From NCBI GenBank assembly GCA_963711255.1, contig CAVQDO010000023.1:139933-203932 (forward strand): DNA of 64,000 bases, written 5' to 3'. Both the position numbers and the translations under genes were made by a program. Below the pieces are notes generated by a model. It did no database searches. It was given only the letters and a program-made list of their open reading frames with translations, and was not told the origin of the DNA. This stretch comes from an uncultured Gammaproteobacteria bacterium. GTDB taxonomy: Bacteria > Pseudomonadota > Gammaproteobacteria > SZUA-229. Numbering within the stretch: position 1 is the first letter of the stretch; each line of letters opens with the position of its first letter. This document shows positions 1 to 10,663 of this stretch, in pieces.

Positions 1-2906
1 GAAGTGCTGCTAACTTTTGTCGATAATGCGGCGATTGATGCTGAATCTGGCTGTTCATAAGAAAGGTGCTGGTAACATTTACCGTTGATATCCTCAATGC
101 CTGAGGGGACGGTTTCGAGATCCTGTAATCCGCTGGCAATTAACTGGTACCAGCTGTTTGCCTGTTTCCTGGTGCTCGCTATACCACTGATAAAAAGCTG
201 CTCACGGGCACGGGTTAGTGCAACATAGAGCAGATTTAATTCTTCGCGTGCCTGTTCATTAAGTTTTTCCTGCTGCAGCTTCTGCGTGATCTGATCGGTA
301 ATATCCTTGTTTAACTGTAATTGAAAATTAGTCGGCTGGTTTTCCTGTGCCGGCCACTTGACCAGGCTTGCATAGGCGTTTTTATTGCTGGTAGTACCAT
401 TACAGTCGGCAAGAAAAACCACGGGTGACTCCAGCCCTTTACTGCCATGGATGGTCAGCAGTCGGACACGGGATTCATCGCTTTGTGACAGTGGTTCTTC
501 CGGCGGGTTTTCAGAATAGCTTTTAAGGTGTGCTAAACGCTGCAGGAAACGCGAGATCCCCGGATAGCGGCCGCTGTCTGTTTCCAGTGACAGCTCCAGG
601 AACCGCTGGCAGTTTGAAGCGACTTTATGTTTGTTCTGTTTTTTATTGGCGGCGACATACCGGTTAATAATGTTGCCTTCAGAGAATATTTTATCCAGGC
701 AGTCATGTACCGGCAGCTGTTCGGCAAGCGCCTGCCAGCGAGGCAGCAGGGTAGCTGCCCGCTGCAGTGCCTTTCCTGTTTCAATGTCGGTAGCAGCGTT
801 GAGATGCAACAGGCGTTCGTACCAGTGTGAAGTGCTGTTTTTCTGTTCTGCTGTATGCCGGGCCAGCTGAATCAGGTCTTCATCGCTGGCGTTAAAAATC
901 GGCGACTTCAAAACCTGTGCCAGCATAAGATTATTAAACGGCGTAATCAGTGTGTTCAGCAGGCAGCTGAGATCCTGGATCTCGATGTTGTCCAGCAGGC
1001 CGCCTTTTTTATTACCGATGAAAGGGATGCCATACTGCTTTAATGCCTGCTGGTAAATATCAACATGGGTACGGTTGCGGGTTAGGATAAGTACATCCGA
1101 ATACTCCAGCGGTCTTACTTTTCCATTAACCGTGATTAGCGTGTTTTCATTTTTTAACTGCAGAATTTTTCCTGCAATGTAGTCCGCTTCACTATGTCTT
1201 AATGTTGTTACCGATACTTCCCTTGGCTGTGTCAGCGGGTTACGAAATGACTGTAATGCTGAAGTTGTATCCTCTGCGGCATTGTCAATTTCTTCCTGTG
1301 CAAATAAATCACAGAGAAAGACGCGTCCGGGTAATGTGCTCAGATGGGTATCATGCGTGGTAAAGCCGGACATGACAGTCTTGACTTCCTCTTGCTCAAA
1401 GACCTTATTAACACACTGGATGATGGCTGATGAAGAGCGGCGTGAAAAATCCAGCGGTGTTGGCTGTGCGTTAAGGTTGTCTGCCAGCCACTGGCTGGCC
1501 TGTGATTGCAGCGCAGGGTTAGCGCGTCGAAAACTGTAGATCGACTGTTTTTCATCACCGACCAGGAAAACACTGCGGGCCCGTTGTTCGGGGTTAGCCG
1601 CAATCTCCTGCAGAATGGGTGACAGCAGGTGCCATTGTGTCGGGTTTGTATCCTGAAACTCATCAATCAGCAAATGGTCGATACGCTGATCAATTTTGTA
1701 CTGTACCCAGTGTGCATTATCGGCATGTTGCAGCAGCTGGTAGCATTTCCATTCCAGGTCAGTGAAATCCAGCAAACGCATTTCTTTTTTCAACTGCTGA
1801 TAAATTTTTACATAGTGGTTGCCAGCAAAGTACCAGGCAGTATTAATCTTTAATATCAGCAGCCGTTTTAACTGTTCATTGACCTGCTGAATACTTGCAG
1901 AAATTTCATCGTGAAGTTCAATAAAACGGCAGGCATTGTCAGCGCCCAGTTTCTTTTCCAGGGTCGCATTGTACTGCCGCCCCTGGATTAACTTTTCACC
2001 GTCTTTTTTAATAAAGGCTGACTGGATCAGGTTAAATGTTTTATTGCTGTCGCTTTCATCTGCCAGGGCCAGTTCGATACTGTCGGCGTGTTTTTCGCTG
2101 GTCTTGTTCTTGATTTCGTATAACAGGTTGGCAAAAACCTTTAAATTAAGCCGGGTAGTATCATTTAAAAACAGGGTGACAGGCTTTGTATCGTCGCTCT
2201 CTGTATCTTGAGGCATTAATGCATCATCTATCTGTAAGGTTCGTGTTAATTGATCACAGGCGAAGCTAACGGCCTCTGCTTTGTGTGCGGTGTAAGCCCA
2301 CCAGTCACTGCGATGGTCTAAAAAACTGTCCAGCGCTGTCTGTGTGTTACCCGGGCCGTTGCAAAAATGCATGATTGTGTCCAGGGCATCGATTAATGGG
2401 CCTTTACCGCCGATGCCGGCTTCATCAAATAACAACTGCCAGGCCTGGCGTTGCAGCAGGCTGCTGTCTTCGATCAGCTCAAAGCCGGGCGGGATATCTG
2501 CCTCCAGCGGAAAGCGTGAGAGAATATCCTGGCAGAAAGAGTGAAATGTCTGGATCCGAATAGGGTAAAGGCTGTGCATCAGCTTTTCATACAGGCCGCG
2601 GGCAATACTTTTTGTGGCATCATCGTCGCGGCAGCCGATAATTTTCAGCTGCGTAGCCAGTTCTTCGCTATCGGCTGTCGCCATTTCGTATAGACGTTCA
2701 TGCAGGCGGATCTGCATTTCAGCCGCAGCTTTTCGGGTAAAGGTGAGTGCGATAATATTGCCCGCCTCAGCGCCGTCGATTAACAACCGGACAATTCGTG
2801 ATATCAGCAGCCAGGTCTTGCCGCTGCCCGCAGAAGCAGAAACAGTGGCATTTAATGCCGGATTGCAGGCATCCAGGCTATTATTATTTGGCTTCGGGGT
2901 AGACAT
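1..2906 (-). CDS. UvrD/Rep/AddA-family ATP-dependent DNA helicase (N-terminal ~968 codons; 3' end outside the window)
   Basis: This minus-strand frame is open from the ATG at 2906 to the window edge. It is absent from the ORF track, presumably because it has no in-window stop. Hand translation gives MSTPKPNNNSLDACNPALNATVSASAGSGKTWLLISRIVRLLIDGAEAGNIIALTFTRKAAAEM (helicase motif I, GSGKT). Near 170-240 it reads EQAREELNLLYVALTRAREQLFISG (motif VI). Confidence 0.8.
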   Translation of the reverse strand, partial: MSTPKPNNNSLDACNPALNATVSASAGSGKTWLLISRIVRLLIDGAEAGNIIALTFTRKAAAEMQIRLHERLYEMATADSEELATQLKIIGCRDDDATKSIARGLYEKLMHSLYPIRIQTFHSFCQDILSRFPLEADIPPGFELIEDSSLLQRQAWQLLFDEAGIGGKGPLIDALDTIMHFCNGPGNTQTALDSFLDHRSDWWAYTAHKAEAVSFACDQLTRTLQIDDALMPQDTESDDTKPVTLFLNDTTRLNLKVFANLLYEIKNKTSEKHADSIELALADESDSNKTFNLIQSAFIKKDGEKLIQGRQYNATLEKKLGADNACRFIELHDEISASIQQVNEQLKRLLILKINTAWYFAGNHYVKIYQQLKKEMRLLDFTDLEWKCYQLLQHADNAHWVQYKIDQRIDHLLIDEFQDTNPTQWHLLSPILQEIAANPEQRARSVFLVGDEKQSIYSFRRANPALQSQASQWLADNLNAQPTPLDFSRRSSSAIIQCVNKVFEQEEVKTVMSGFTTHDTHLSTLPGRVFLCDLFAQEEIDNAAEDTTSALQSFRNPLTQPREVSVTTLRHSEADYIAGKILQLKNENTLITVNGKVRPLEYSDVLILTRNRTHVDIYQQALKQYGIPFIGNKKGGLLDNIEIQDLSCLLNTLITPFNNLMLAQVLKSPIFNASDEDLIQLARHTAEQKNSTSHWYERLLHLNAATDIETGKALQRAATLLPRWQALAEQLPVHDCLDKIFSEGNIINRYVAANKKQNKHKVASNCQRFLELSLETDSGRYPGISRFLQRLAHLKSYSENPPEEPLSQSDESRVRLLTIHGSKGLESPVVFLADCNGTTSNKNAYASLVKWPAQENQPTNFQLQLNKDITDQITQKLQQEKLNEQAREELNLLYVALTRAREQLFISGIASTRKQANSWYQLIASGLQDLETVPSGIEDINGKCYQHLSYEQPDSASIAALSTKVSST

Positions 2907-3058
2907 GGTGGCAGTTTATAGTGACAATCTGTTTGCCTCAATGACTAATGTGTTTATCTATATTTATGAGGTGCCCATATAATTGTCAGGTGGTAAAGTA
3001 CGCCTGTTCAATTTTTGATTGAAACCCATATAACTCTAATAACCAGGGTGAGTAAATA

Positions 3059-4942
3059 ATGAGTAAATATGATGCCTCGTCAATCGAGGTATTAACAGGC
3101 CTTGAACCGGTTCAGAAGCGGCCGGGTATGTATACTGACACCAGTCGGCCCAATCACCTGGCTCAGGAAGTTATCGATAACAGTGTTGACGAAGCGATTG
3201 CAGGACACGCCAGCAAAATCGACGTGGTACTGTTTAAGGACGGCTCAGTCAGTGTTACCGATGATGGCCGTGGCATGCCGGTTGATATTCACCCTGAAGA
3301 AGGTATTCCGGGTGTTGAAGTAATTCTTACCCGCCTGCATGCGGGCGGCAAATTCTCCAATAAAAATTATGAGTTTTCCGGCGGTCTGCATGGCGTCGGT
3401 GTTTCAGTGGTTAATGCGCTATCGTCGAAAGTAATGGTTGAAGTGCGGCGCGATGCTACGGTTTATGAAATGGAGTTTCAACACGGCGCCAAGACCAAAA
3501 AACTCAAAAAGACCGGCACTGTCGGTAAACGCAATACCGGTACAAAAATACATTTCTGGCCGGAGAAGAAATATTTTGATTCGGCGGCATTCTCCATTCC
3601 CTCGTTAAAGCATGTTTTGCGCGCCAAGGCGGTGCTTTGTTCTGGCCTTGAAGTTAATTTTACTGAAGAAAAAACCGGTGAAAAACAAAGCTGGTATTAC
3701 GAGGGCGGACTGGCCGACTACCTGGGCGAAAACCTGTTTGAGCGTGAGTGTCTGCCGGCGGAGCCTTTTGTTGGCAGCATGTCCAGTAAAACCGAGGCGG
3801 TCGACTGGGCGCTGACCTGGCAGACGGAAGCGGGTGAATTAACGACTGAATCCTACGTTAACCTTATTCCTACTGCGCAGGGCGGCACCCATGTTAATGG
3901 TTTGCGTACCGGCCTGACTGAGGCGCTGCGTGAATTTTGCGAAATTCGCAGTTTACTGCCGCGTGGTGTCAAACTCAGCCCGGAGGATGTCTGGGACCGG
4001 GTCTGTTTTGTACTATCAGTGAAACTGGCTGACCCGCAGTTTTCCGGGCAGACCAAAGAACGCTTATCGTCACGTGAATGTGCCGCATTTGTTTCCGGTG
4101 TAGTTAAAGATGCGTTCAGCCTGTGGTTGAATCAGCATACCGAAGCCGGTGAATCGATTGCCATGCTGGCCATTGAAAATGCACAGAAACGTTTGCGCGC
4201 CGGTAAAAAGGTAATACGTAAAAAAGTTACCAGTGGTCCGGCCTTACCCGGAAAGCTGTCCGACTGCTCGTCACAGGATATTACCCGTTCTGAGTTGTTC
4301 CTGGTCGAAGGGGACTCGGCTGGAGGTAGTGCAAAGCAGGCACGGGATAGAGAATTTCAGGCCATTATGCCGTTGCGCGGAAAAATTCTTAATACCTGGG
4401 AAGTTGAACCTGACCAGGTACTGGCTTCGCAGGAAGTGCATGATATTTCCGTGGCGGTTGGTGTCGAACCCGGTTCATCGGATTTAAAAGATCTGCGTTA
4501 CGGGAAAATCTGCATACTGGCGGATGCTGATTCAGACGGCTACCATATTGCTACCTTGTTATGTGCTCTGTTTCTTAGGCATTTCAGGCCACTGGTTGAA
4601 GCCGGACATATTTATGTTGCCATGCCGCCGTTGTTTCGAATTGATGTAGCAAAAGAGGTTTTCTATGCACTGGATGAGCCTGAAAAGCAGGGCATATTGG
4701 ATCGTATCGAAGCAGAAAAAATACGCGGTAAAATATCTGTAACACGATTCAAAGGCCTGGGTGAGATGAACCCGCTGCAATTGCGTGTTACTACCCTGGC
4801 ACCGGATACCCGGCGGCTGGTGCAGTTAACCCTGGGCGAAGGCAGTAAGAGCCATTCAATGCTGGACATGCTTCTGGCGAAGAAGCGTGCCGGTGATAGA
4901 AAGGCGTGGCTGGAGACAAAAGGCGCGTTAGCCGAAGTCTAA
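3059..4942 (+). CDS. parE: DNA topoisomerase IV subunit B
   Basis: 627-aa ORF, colinear with E. coli ParE as I recall it (IEVLTGLEPVQKRPGMYTDTSRPNHLAQEVIDNSVDEA, GGLHGVG, EGDSAGGSAKQARDREFQAIMPLRGKILN, RFKGLGEMNP). The length fits ParE rather than GyrB (~800 aa). parC follows directly. Confidence 0.97.
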   Translation: MSKYDASSIEVLTGLEPVQKRPGMYTDTSRPNHLAQEVIDNSVDEAIAGHASKIDVVLFKDGSVSVTDDGRGMPVDIHPEEGIPGVEVILTRLHAGGKFSNKNYEFSGGLHGVGVSVVNALSSKVMVEVRRDATVYEMEFQHGAKTKKLKKTGTVGKRNTGTKIHFWPEKKYFDSAAFSIPSLKHVLRAKAVLCSGLEVNFTEEKTGEKQSWYYEGGLADYLGENLFERECLPAEPFVGSMSSKTEAVDWALTWQTEAGELTTESYVNLIPTAQGGTHVNGLRTGLTEALREFCEIRSLLPRGVKLSPEDVWDRVCFVLSVKLADPQFSGQTKERLSSRECAAFVSGVVKDAFSLWLNQHTEAGESIAMLAIENAQKRLRAGKKVIRKKVTSGPALPGKLSDCSSQDITRSELFLVEGDSAGGSAKQARDREFQAIMPLRGKILNTWEVEPDQVLASQEVHDISVAVGVEPGSSDLKDLRYGKICILADADSDGYHIATLLCALFLRHFRPLVEAGHIYVAMPPLFRIDVAKEVFYALDEPEKQGILDRIEAEKIRGKISVTRFKGLGEMNPLQLRVTTLAPDTRRLVQLTLGEGSKSHSMLDMLLAKKRAGDRKAWLETKGALAEV

Positions 4943-4949
4943 TAAAAAC

Positions 4950-5033
4950 AGTGAAAAATGAAAAAAGAAATGCGCAAAGCTAAAAACTATGCTGTTGCGT
5001 CGCTTTTTTGAATTTCATTTTTTATTTTTCACT
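4950..5033. repeat. Long imperfect AT-rich inverted repeat in the parE-parC spacer
   Basis: 4950-4959 (agtgaaaaat) pairs perfectly with 5024-5033 (atttttcact). Pairing continues inward with mismatches and G-U pairs for roughly 30 positions. Confidence 0.5.
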
Positions 5034-5069
5034 ATTGATTTTCCATTTATGAAGCGATAGTAAAATATT

Positions 5070-7319
5070 ATGAGTTCACAATCCGAATTAGAATTCGAAG
5101 GCATCGAAAAACTGCCACTCTCTGAATTCACGGAGCGAGCGTACCTCGATTACTCCATGTACGTTATTATGGATCGCGCTTTACCGTATATTGGTGATGG
5201 TCTGAAACCAGTGCAGCGACGCATCGTTTTTGCCATGTCTGAATTAGGCTTGAATGCCACCTCTAAACACAAAAAGTCAGCGCGTACCGTTGGTGATGTG
5301 CTGGGTAAATACCACCCGCATGGTGACAGTGCCTGTTACGAGGCGATGGTGTTGATGGCGCAGCCTTTTTCCTATCGTTATCCGCTGGTTGATGGTCAGG
5401 GTAACTGGGGTGCGCCGGATGACCCCAAGTCGTTTGCTGCAATGCGTTATACCGAATCGCGGTTAGCGCCATATTCCGAAGTATTATTGAATGAACTTGG
5501 CCAGGGCACTGTTGACTGGAAACCGAATTTTGATGGCACCATGGAAGAACCGGAAACGTTACCCGCACGTTTGCCTAATGTACTGTTAAATGGCGGCACC
5601 GGTATCGCCGTCGGTATGGCTACCGATATTCCGCCGCATAATTTAAAAGAAGTTGCCAGCGCCTGTGTACGTCTGCTGGAAAGCCCCAAATCCACCCTGG
5701 AAGATCTTTGTGAGCATATCCATGGCCCGGACTTTCCGACCGAAGCTGAAATTATTACGCCAAAAAAAGATATTCTTGAAATCTATCAGACAGGTCGCGG
5801 CGGTATTCGTCAGCGCGCCTGTTATGAAATGGAAGATGGCGCAATCATTGTTACGGCCTTGCCATACCAGGTGTCCGGTAACAAGATACTGGAGCAGATT
5901 GCGGCACAGATGATCGCGAAAAAACTTCCCATGGTGGAAGATTTACGCGATGAGTCTGATCATGAAAATCCAACACGCCTGGTTATTATGCCGCGTTCTA
6001 ACCGGGTTAATACGGAAGAGTTGATGGCGCATTTGTTTGCCACTACAGACCTTGAACGCAGTTACCGCGTCAACATGAATATGATCGGAATTGATGGCCG
6101 GCCACAGGTCAAGGACCTGCGTTCATTGTTAGTGGAATGGCTAAAGTTCAGAACGGTCACTGTACGCCGCCGGTTACAGTGGCGACTGGATAAAGTTAAT
6201 AATCGCCTGCATATACTGGATGCATTGTTAATTGCGTTTTTGAATATCGATGAAGTTATCGCAATTATTCGTGAAAATGACAAGCCGAAACCGGTGCTGA
6301 TGTCACGTTTTACTATTAGTGATATTCAGGCAGAAGCAATTCTTGATCTGAAATTGCGAAATTTGGCCAAACTCGAAGAAATGAAAATTCGAGGTGAGCA
6401 AAATGAACTGGAAGAAGAACGTAAAAAGCTTGAGCAGATTCTGGGCTCGGCAACCCGTCTGAAAACGCTAATTCGCAAGGAAATTATTGCCGATGCGGAA
6501 AAGTATGGTGATGACCGGCGTTCACCGATTGTTGAGCGTAGCGCGGCGCAGGCAATGGACGAAACAGCGTTGATTTCAACTGAAGCCATAACCGTTATTT
6601 TATCCAGCAAGGGCTGGGTGCGTTCGGGCAAAGGCCACGAGATCGATGCGGAAAAATTGAATTATAAAGCTGGCGATGGTTTTCTGTCATCGGCGCAGGG
6701 TAAATCAAACCAGATGGCGGTGTTCCTTGATTCCAGCGGCAGGGCCTATACCTTGCCGGCGCATAAACTGCCTTCGGCCAGGGGGCAGGGTGATCCCTTG
6801 AGCGGTTATTTCACGCCAACACCGGGCGCGCATTTTGTTGGTGTTGTGATCGGCGACCCCGATGAGCTGTATTTACTGTCCAGCAATTTTGGTTACGGTT
6901 TCGTGGTACGCCTGGGTGATATGCAGGCGAATGCTAAAAAGGGCAAGGCGATATTGAATGTCGGTAAACAGGCGATCGCGCTGCCCCCGGTCAGGGTGGG
7001 CGATGTCAGCAGTGATCAAATCGCAGCGGTGAGTTCTGCCGGGCACATGCTGGTGACACCGGTTGAGCATCTGCCGCAAATGGCAAGAGGCAAAGGCAAT
7101 AAAATTATAAATATACCTTCTAAATTGTTGAAAGCAGGCGAAGAAACGGTCGCTGCGATCACGGTTGTTGCTGACGGCGGTAAGCTGGTTGTGCATTCCG
7201 GTAAAAAGCATAAAACCATGAAGCAGGCTGAGCTTGATGATTACGCTGGTGAAAGAGGCCGCCGCGGCCTTAAACTTTCGCAGGGTTACCGTACTGTTGA
7301 TCGTTTAGAGCCTGAATAA
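5070..7319 (+). CDS. parC: DNA topoisomerase IV subunit A
   Basis: 749-aa ORF with [28 protein letters not shown], the AMRYTESRL active-site Tyr motif, and a ParC-type C-terminus ([17 protein letters not shown]). Confidence 0.97.
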   Translation: MSSQSELEFEGIEKLPLSEFTERAYLDYSMYVIMDRALPYIGDGLKPVQRRIVFAMSELGLNATSKHKKSARTVGDVLGKYHPHGDSACYEAMVLMAQPFSYRYPLVDGQGNWGAPDDPKSFAAMRYTESRLAPYSEVLLNELGQGTVDWKPNFDGTMEEPETLPARLPNVLLNGGTGIAVGMATDIPPHNLKEVASACVRLLESPKSTLEDLCEHIHGPDFPTEAEIITPKKDILEIYQTGRGGIRQRACYEMEDGAIIVTALPYQVSGNKILEQIAAQMIAKKLPMVEDLRDESDHENPTRLVIMPRSNRVNTEELMAHLFATTDLERSYRVNMNMIGIDGRPQVKDLRSLLVEWLKFRTVTVRRRLQWRLDKVNNRLHILDALLIAFLNIDEVIAIIRENDKPKPVLMSRFTISDIQAEAILDLKLRNLAKLEEMKIRGEQNELEEERKKLEQILGSATRLKTLIRKEIIADAEKYGDDRRSPIVERSAAQAMDETALISTEAITVILSSKGWVRSGKGHEIDAEKLNYKAGDGFLSSAQGKSNQMAVFLDSSGRAYTLPAHKLPSARGQGDPLSGYFTPTPGAHFVGVVIGDPDELYLLSSNFGYGFVVRLGDMQANAKKGKAILNVGKQAIALPPVRVGDVSSDQIAAVSSAGHMLVTPVEHLPQMARGKGNKIINIPSKLLKAGEETVAAITVVADGGKLVVHSGKKHKTMKQAELDDYAGERGRRGLKLSQGYRTVDRLEPE

Positions 7320-7331
7320 TATTGAATTTTT

Positions 7332-7360
7332 CTTGAAATATCGTTTCAGTGTCTCCATAG
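7332..7360 (+). promoter_or_regulatory. Candidate sigma-32 (RpoH) heat-shock promoter upstream of htpX
   Basis: CTTGAAA (7332-7338), a 14-nt spacer, then CTCCATAG (7353-7360). The consensus is CTTGAAA-N13-14-CCCCATNT. htpX is a known heat-shock gene in E. coli. Confidence 0.45.
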
Positions 7361-7480
7361 TGTTAGCCACAGAGGCACGGTGCTGTAGAGGAACCAACTG
7401 GGCATTATTTTTAATAATTACTCAATGAGTTCTGCGTCACTGTGGTTAGAATTGTTTCGTTTTAATCATTGGAAAAACAT

Positions 7481-8365
7481 ATGAAACGCATAGCATTATT
7501 TATCATAACTAACCTGGCTGTGATAGCCGTATTGAGTATTGTTTTAAGCTTGCTGGGAATTGATTCGGTACTGGCTGAAAATGGTGTTGACCTTGATTTA
7601 CAGGCTTTGCTGATATTTTCTGCCGTCATTGGCATGACTGGTTCATTTATTTCTCTTGCCATGTCCAAATGGTCAGCGAAACATATGACCGGCGCCAAGG
7701 TTATTACTCAGCCGCAAAACAAAACCCAGCAATGGTTGCTGGAAACAGTAAAGCGACAGGCAGCACAGGCGGGTATTCAGATGCCTGAGGTAGCTATTTA
7801 TGACTCACCCGATGTGAATGCATTTGCTACCGGCATGAGCCGTAATAATGCACTGGTAGCGGTAAGCAGCGGTTTGATCGAACACATGAAAATGGACGAA
7901 GCCGAAGCGGTGCTGGCACACGAAGTGAGCCATGTCGCTAACGGTGATATGGTGACACTGGCGCTGATTCAGGGCGTGGTTAATACCTTTGTTATTTTTG
8001 CTTCACGTGTCGTCGGGCATATTATCGATCGCGTTATACTGAAAAATGAACGTGGCCATGGTATTGGTTACTTTGTTTCATCAATGATTGCACAGGTGGT
8101 TTTTGGTATTCTGGCGAGCGCCATTGTGATGTATTTTTCACGAGTGAGAGAATTCAAAGCCGATGCCGGTGCAGCTGAACTTGCCGGCAGTGAAAAGATG
8201 GTTGCTGCGTTGCAGCGCCTGCAGGCCATACATCAGCCATCCCGCTTGCCAGAACAGATGGCAGCGTTCGGTATTAACGGTGGTTTTGCTGAGGGCTTCA
8301 AGAAGTTATTTTTAAGTCATCCGCCACTGGAAGAACGTATAGCAGCGTTGCGGTCTGCTAGATAG
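7481..8365 (+). CDS. htpX: Zinc metalloprotease HtpX
   Basis: HExxH motif ([12 protein letters not shown]), hydrophobic segments, and an N-terminus [14 protein letters not shown] like E. coli HtpX. The track ORF starts at an upstream TTG (7469); I prefer the ATG at 7481. Confidence 0.92.
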   Translation: MKRIALFIITNLAVIAVLSIVLSLLGIDSVLAENGVDLDLQALLIFSAVIGMTGSFISLAMSKWSAKHMTGAKVITQPQNKTQQWLLETVKRQAAQAGIQMPEVAIYDSPDVNAFATGMSRNNALVAVSSGLIEHMKMDEAEAVLAHEVSHVANGDMVTLALIQGVVNTFVIFASRVVGHIIDRVILKNERGHGIGYFVSSMIAQVVFGILASAIVMYFSRVREFKADAGAAELAGSEKMVAALQRLQAIHQPSRLPEQMAAFGINGGFAEGFKKLFLSHPPLEERIAALRSAR

Positions 8366-8388
8366 TGGGTTAATTAAAAAAACTTTAA

Positions 8389-8495
8389 CCGCAGAGACGC
8401 GGAGGCGCAGAGGAAAACTAATTATTGTAATTTATTACGCCGCAGGCGCAATAAACCTTGATTTTATTTTTCTCTGCGCCTCCGCGTCTCTGCGG
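8389..8495. repeat. Nested palindromic extragenic element, copy 1 (REP/MITE-like)
   Basis: The arms ccgcagagacgcggaggcgcagag (8389-8412) and ctctgcgcctccgcgtctctgcgg (8472-8495) are perfect reverse complements (24 bp). The interior is AT-rich with an apical mini-hairpin cgcc-gca-ggcg. The same arms recur at 37612-37708. The element lies between the convergent htpX and FimX-like genes. Confidence 0.85.
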
Positions 8496-8531
8496 TAAAA
8501 AGGTTTCTAAAATTAAGTACAACAGAAAAGA

Positions 8532-10622
8532 CTAGCCAGACATTTCAGTGAAATCGTAATCCATTGTAGGCAATGGTTCCTGCAGGAAATGGCCCTGGAT
8601 AAAGTTAATGCCCATACCCCATAATAATGACAGGCTGGTGGCATCAGGCACGTGTTGTGCAATGGTGAATTTGCCTAACTCTGCCGCCTGTTCTGCAATA
8701 TTTTTAATTGATTCCTGGTTTTGAGGATTGTCTGACAGGTTGTCCATAAAGCTGCGTTCTATCCTGATATAGTCTGCATGGATATGACTAAGCAACTGGA
8801 AGGGATTGCTGCCTGAGCCAAAATCATCCAGCACAAAACCGCAGTTTAATTTCTTCAGGCCGTGTGAAAGTGTTTTGGTGTTTTTTAAATTTGTTACAGC
8901 ATCTGTTTCCTTAACGGCAAAGTTTAAGGTGTGCTCGGGAATCTGCTTTTCTTTTATCTGGTAACTTAGCCATTCAAACAGTGTCTGGTCCTTGATAGAA
9001 GGAGCCGACAATTTAATAAAGAAGCGCGTTTGTTTGTTGGCTTTTTTTCGAATGGCGTATTCCTGTATGGTTTTGTACAGTACCCAGCGATCGATAGCGA
9101 TAGCCATGCCAATGCGTTCTGCGGCAGGGATAAAGTCCTGCGGCATAATGAGTTCTTTACTTTCATCAGACTCCAGGCGGATGAAGACCTCGTAACGTTC
9201 GTTAGTATCTCCGTGCAGACTGACAATTGGCTGGTAATGCAGCTGGAATCTGTCATTTTTCAGTGCATCGGTGAGCTGTTCCTTGAACTTGGCATCAACT
9301 TCATGCCTTGTCAGTTCGCCTTTGTCAGGAACGTATGTGTGTATCTGGTTTGCGCCTTTCTCAATGGCGGCTGAAATGGCTTTTTCGGAACGCGCCAGGA
9401 TATCGTTATATTCGGGTGTGTCCGAACCAATAAGTGCAATACCAATGCAGCAAGTTGTATTTATGTGTGAATCATTAATGTCAGTTTCGAGTGCCGCCAG
9501 TGATTTTTGAAACTCTGTGGCATAGCTCTCAATGTTATCCTTGTTGTAGCCAATGGCGACGACTATAAAACTGTCATGCGTGTAGCGTGCGACAATATCA
9601 TCGTCGCGGATCACTTTGTTTAAGGCGCCCGCAGCTTCAACGATATACTGGTCTGCGCCGACAACACCAACTGAGTTTTTGATTTCATCAAAATTATCGA
9701 CATGTATTTCCATCAACGCAGCGGTATATTTTCCTGCTTCACAGTTTGCGATAACGGTTCCCAGTTTTTCAATGCAGTACTGCCTGTTGAATAAACCGGT
9801 TAACTGGTCTTTCTGGCTGAGTAATTTTAGCTGGCGTTCAAGTTCTTCTGAAGAAGCGTCTTCTTTGCGAATAATAATCTGAACACAGGGTTCACCATCA
9901 ATTTGAGCGGGTGAAAATTCCATCTCGCCTTTGAATTCAAGGCCGTCAGGTTTCCGTAGCGAGGTGCCAAGTTTTTCTATGCCGCCATCGCCATTAGTAT
10001 AATTCCGTAAAAATGACTTGAAATCATCGCGTCCGTCGATGGCCACCATGTCGAGAACAGGCATGCCCTCAAGATCATCAGATTCTTCAATTTCAAACAG
10101 GCTTAAATAGGACTGGTTTGAATAGACGTGCATGCCCTCATGTATGTAGGCAATAGCATCGCGAGAACTGTCGAGTAAAGCGTTGCATCTTCTTTCTGAT
10201 TCTTTGAACGCTTTATTCAGCGTGAATGTTTTTCTTGCGCTGACCAGGGCCTGGTGCTCTCGAGCGATGATTAGTATCAAATGTTCGATGTTAGTAAAGC
10301 AGGTGGCATCAACAGCGCCTGTTCGTATTGCATTAACCACATTCGGCTGTTCGGTTTTATTAACGGATATAACGCGGCAAATTTCTGATTTTTTATCTTT
10401 CCTGAGGCAATCGATGGTATCTTTGAGTGTAATTAACTCCATTCCTTCAAAGTAAATTACCAGGTCGGGTATCTGTGAGGCGATGGCTTTTAATAAGTCT
10501 TCGTCATCTTCTACACGAGTTGATCTTGCGGTGTATCCTGCTGCTCTTAATTTACTGATGATAACTTCTTCACTATCAAAGGAATCATCTATAACGATTA
10601 AGTTAATTATCTTTTCTTCCAC
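8532..10622 (-). CDS. FimX-like c-di-GMP signalling protein (receiver-like, PAS-like, degenerate GGDEF and degenerate EAL domains)
   Basis: 696 aa. The receiver-like N-terminus lacks Asp at the expected acceptor position (PDLVIYFEGM). The GGDEF-type domain opens with GLFNRQY but reads ARYTHDSFIVV where GG(D/E)EF is expected. The EAL-type domain (QLHYQPIV, YEVFIRL, DDFGSGSNPF, IRIERSF, QGHF) has AQHVPD in place of AEGVE. Confidence 0.75.
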   Translation of the reverse strand: MEEKIINLIVIDDSFDSEEVIISKLRAAGYTARSTRVEDDEDLLKAIASQIPDLVIYFEGMELITLKDTIDCLRKDKKSEICRVISVNKTEQPNVVNAIRTGAVDATCFTNIEHLILIIAREHQALVSARKTFTLNKAFKESERRCNALLDSSRDAIAYIHEGMHVYSNQSYLSLFEIEESDDLEGMPVLDMVAIDGRDDFKSFLRNYTNGDGGIEKLGTSLRKPDGLEFKGEMEFSPAQIDGEPCVQIIIRKEDASSEELERQLKLLSQKDQLTGLFNRQYCIEKLGTVIANCEAGKYTAALMEIHVDNFDEIKNSVGVVGADQYIVEAAGALNKVIRDDDIVARYTHDSFIVVAIGYNKDNIESYATEFQKSLAALETDINDSHINTTCCIGIALIGSDTPEYNDILARSEKAISAAIEKGANQIHTYVPDKGELTRHEVDAKFKEQLTDALKNDRFQLHYQPIVSLHGDTNERYEVFIRLESDESKELIMPQDFIPAAERIGMAIAIDRWVLYKTIQEYAIRKKANKQTRFFIKLSAPSIKDQTLFEWLSYQIKEKQIPEHTLNFAVKETDAVTNLKNTKTLSHGLKKLNCGFVLDDFGSGSNPFQLLSHIHADYIRIERSFMDNLSDNPQNQESIKNIAEQAAELGKFTIAQHVPDATSLSLLWGMGINFIQGHFLQEPLPTMDYDFTEMSG

Positions 10623-10663
10623 TTTTTTTGTCTCAGAAATTCTGGCGCGTTGAGCTCAGGAAT

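Noticed and set aside
2614-2982. 122-aa plus-strand ORF and other short ORFs in 533-2982
   Set aside because: All of them lie inside the long minus-strand helicase frame, which carries clear UvrD-type motifs I and VI.
7370-7410. ggtgctgt-containing stretch upstream of htpX, considered as an SRP (4.5S) RNA fragment
   Set aside because: It lacks the conserved GGAAGGAAGCAGCC-type domain IV sequence and any extended helix.
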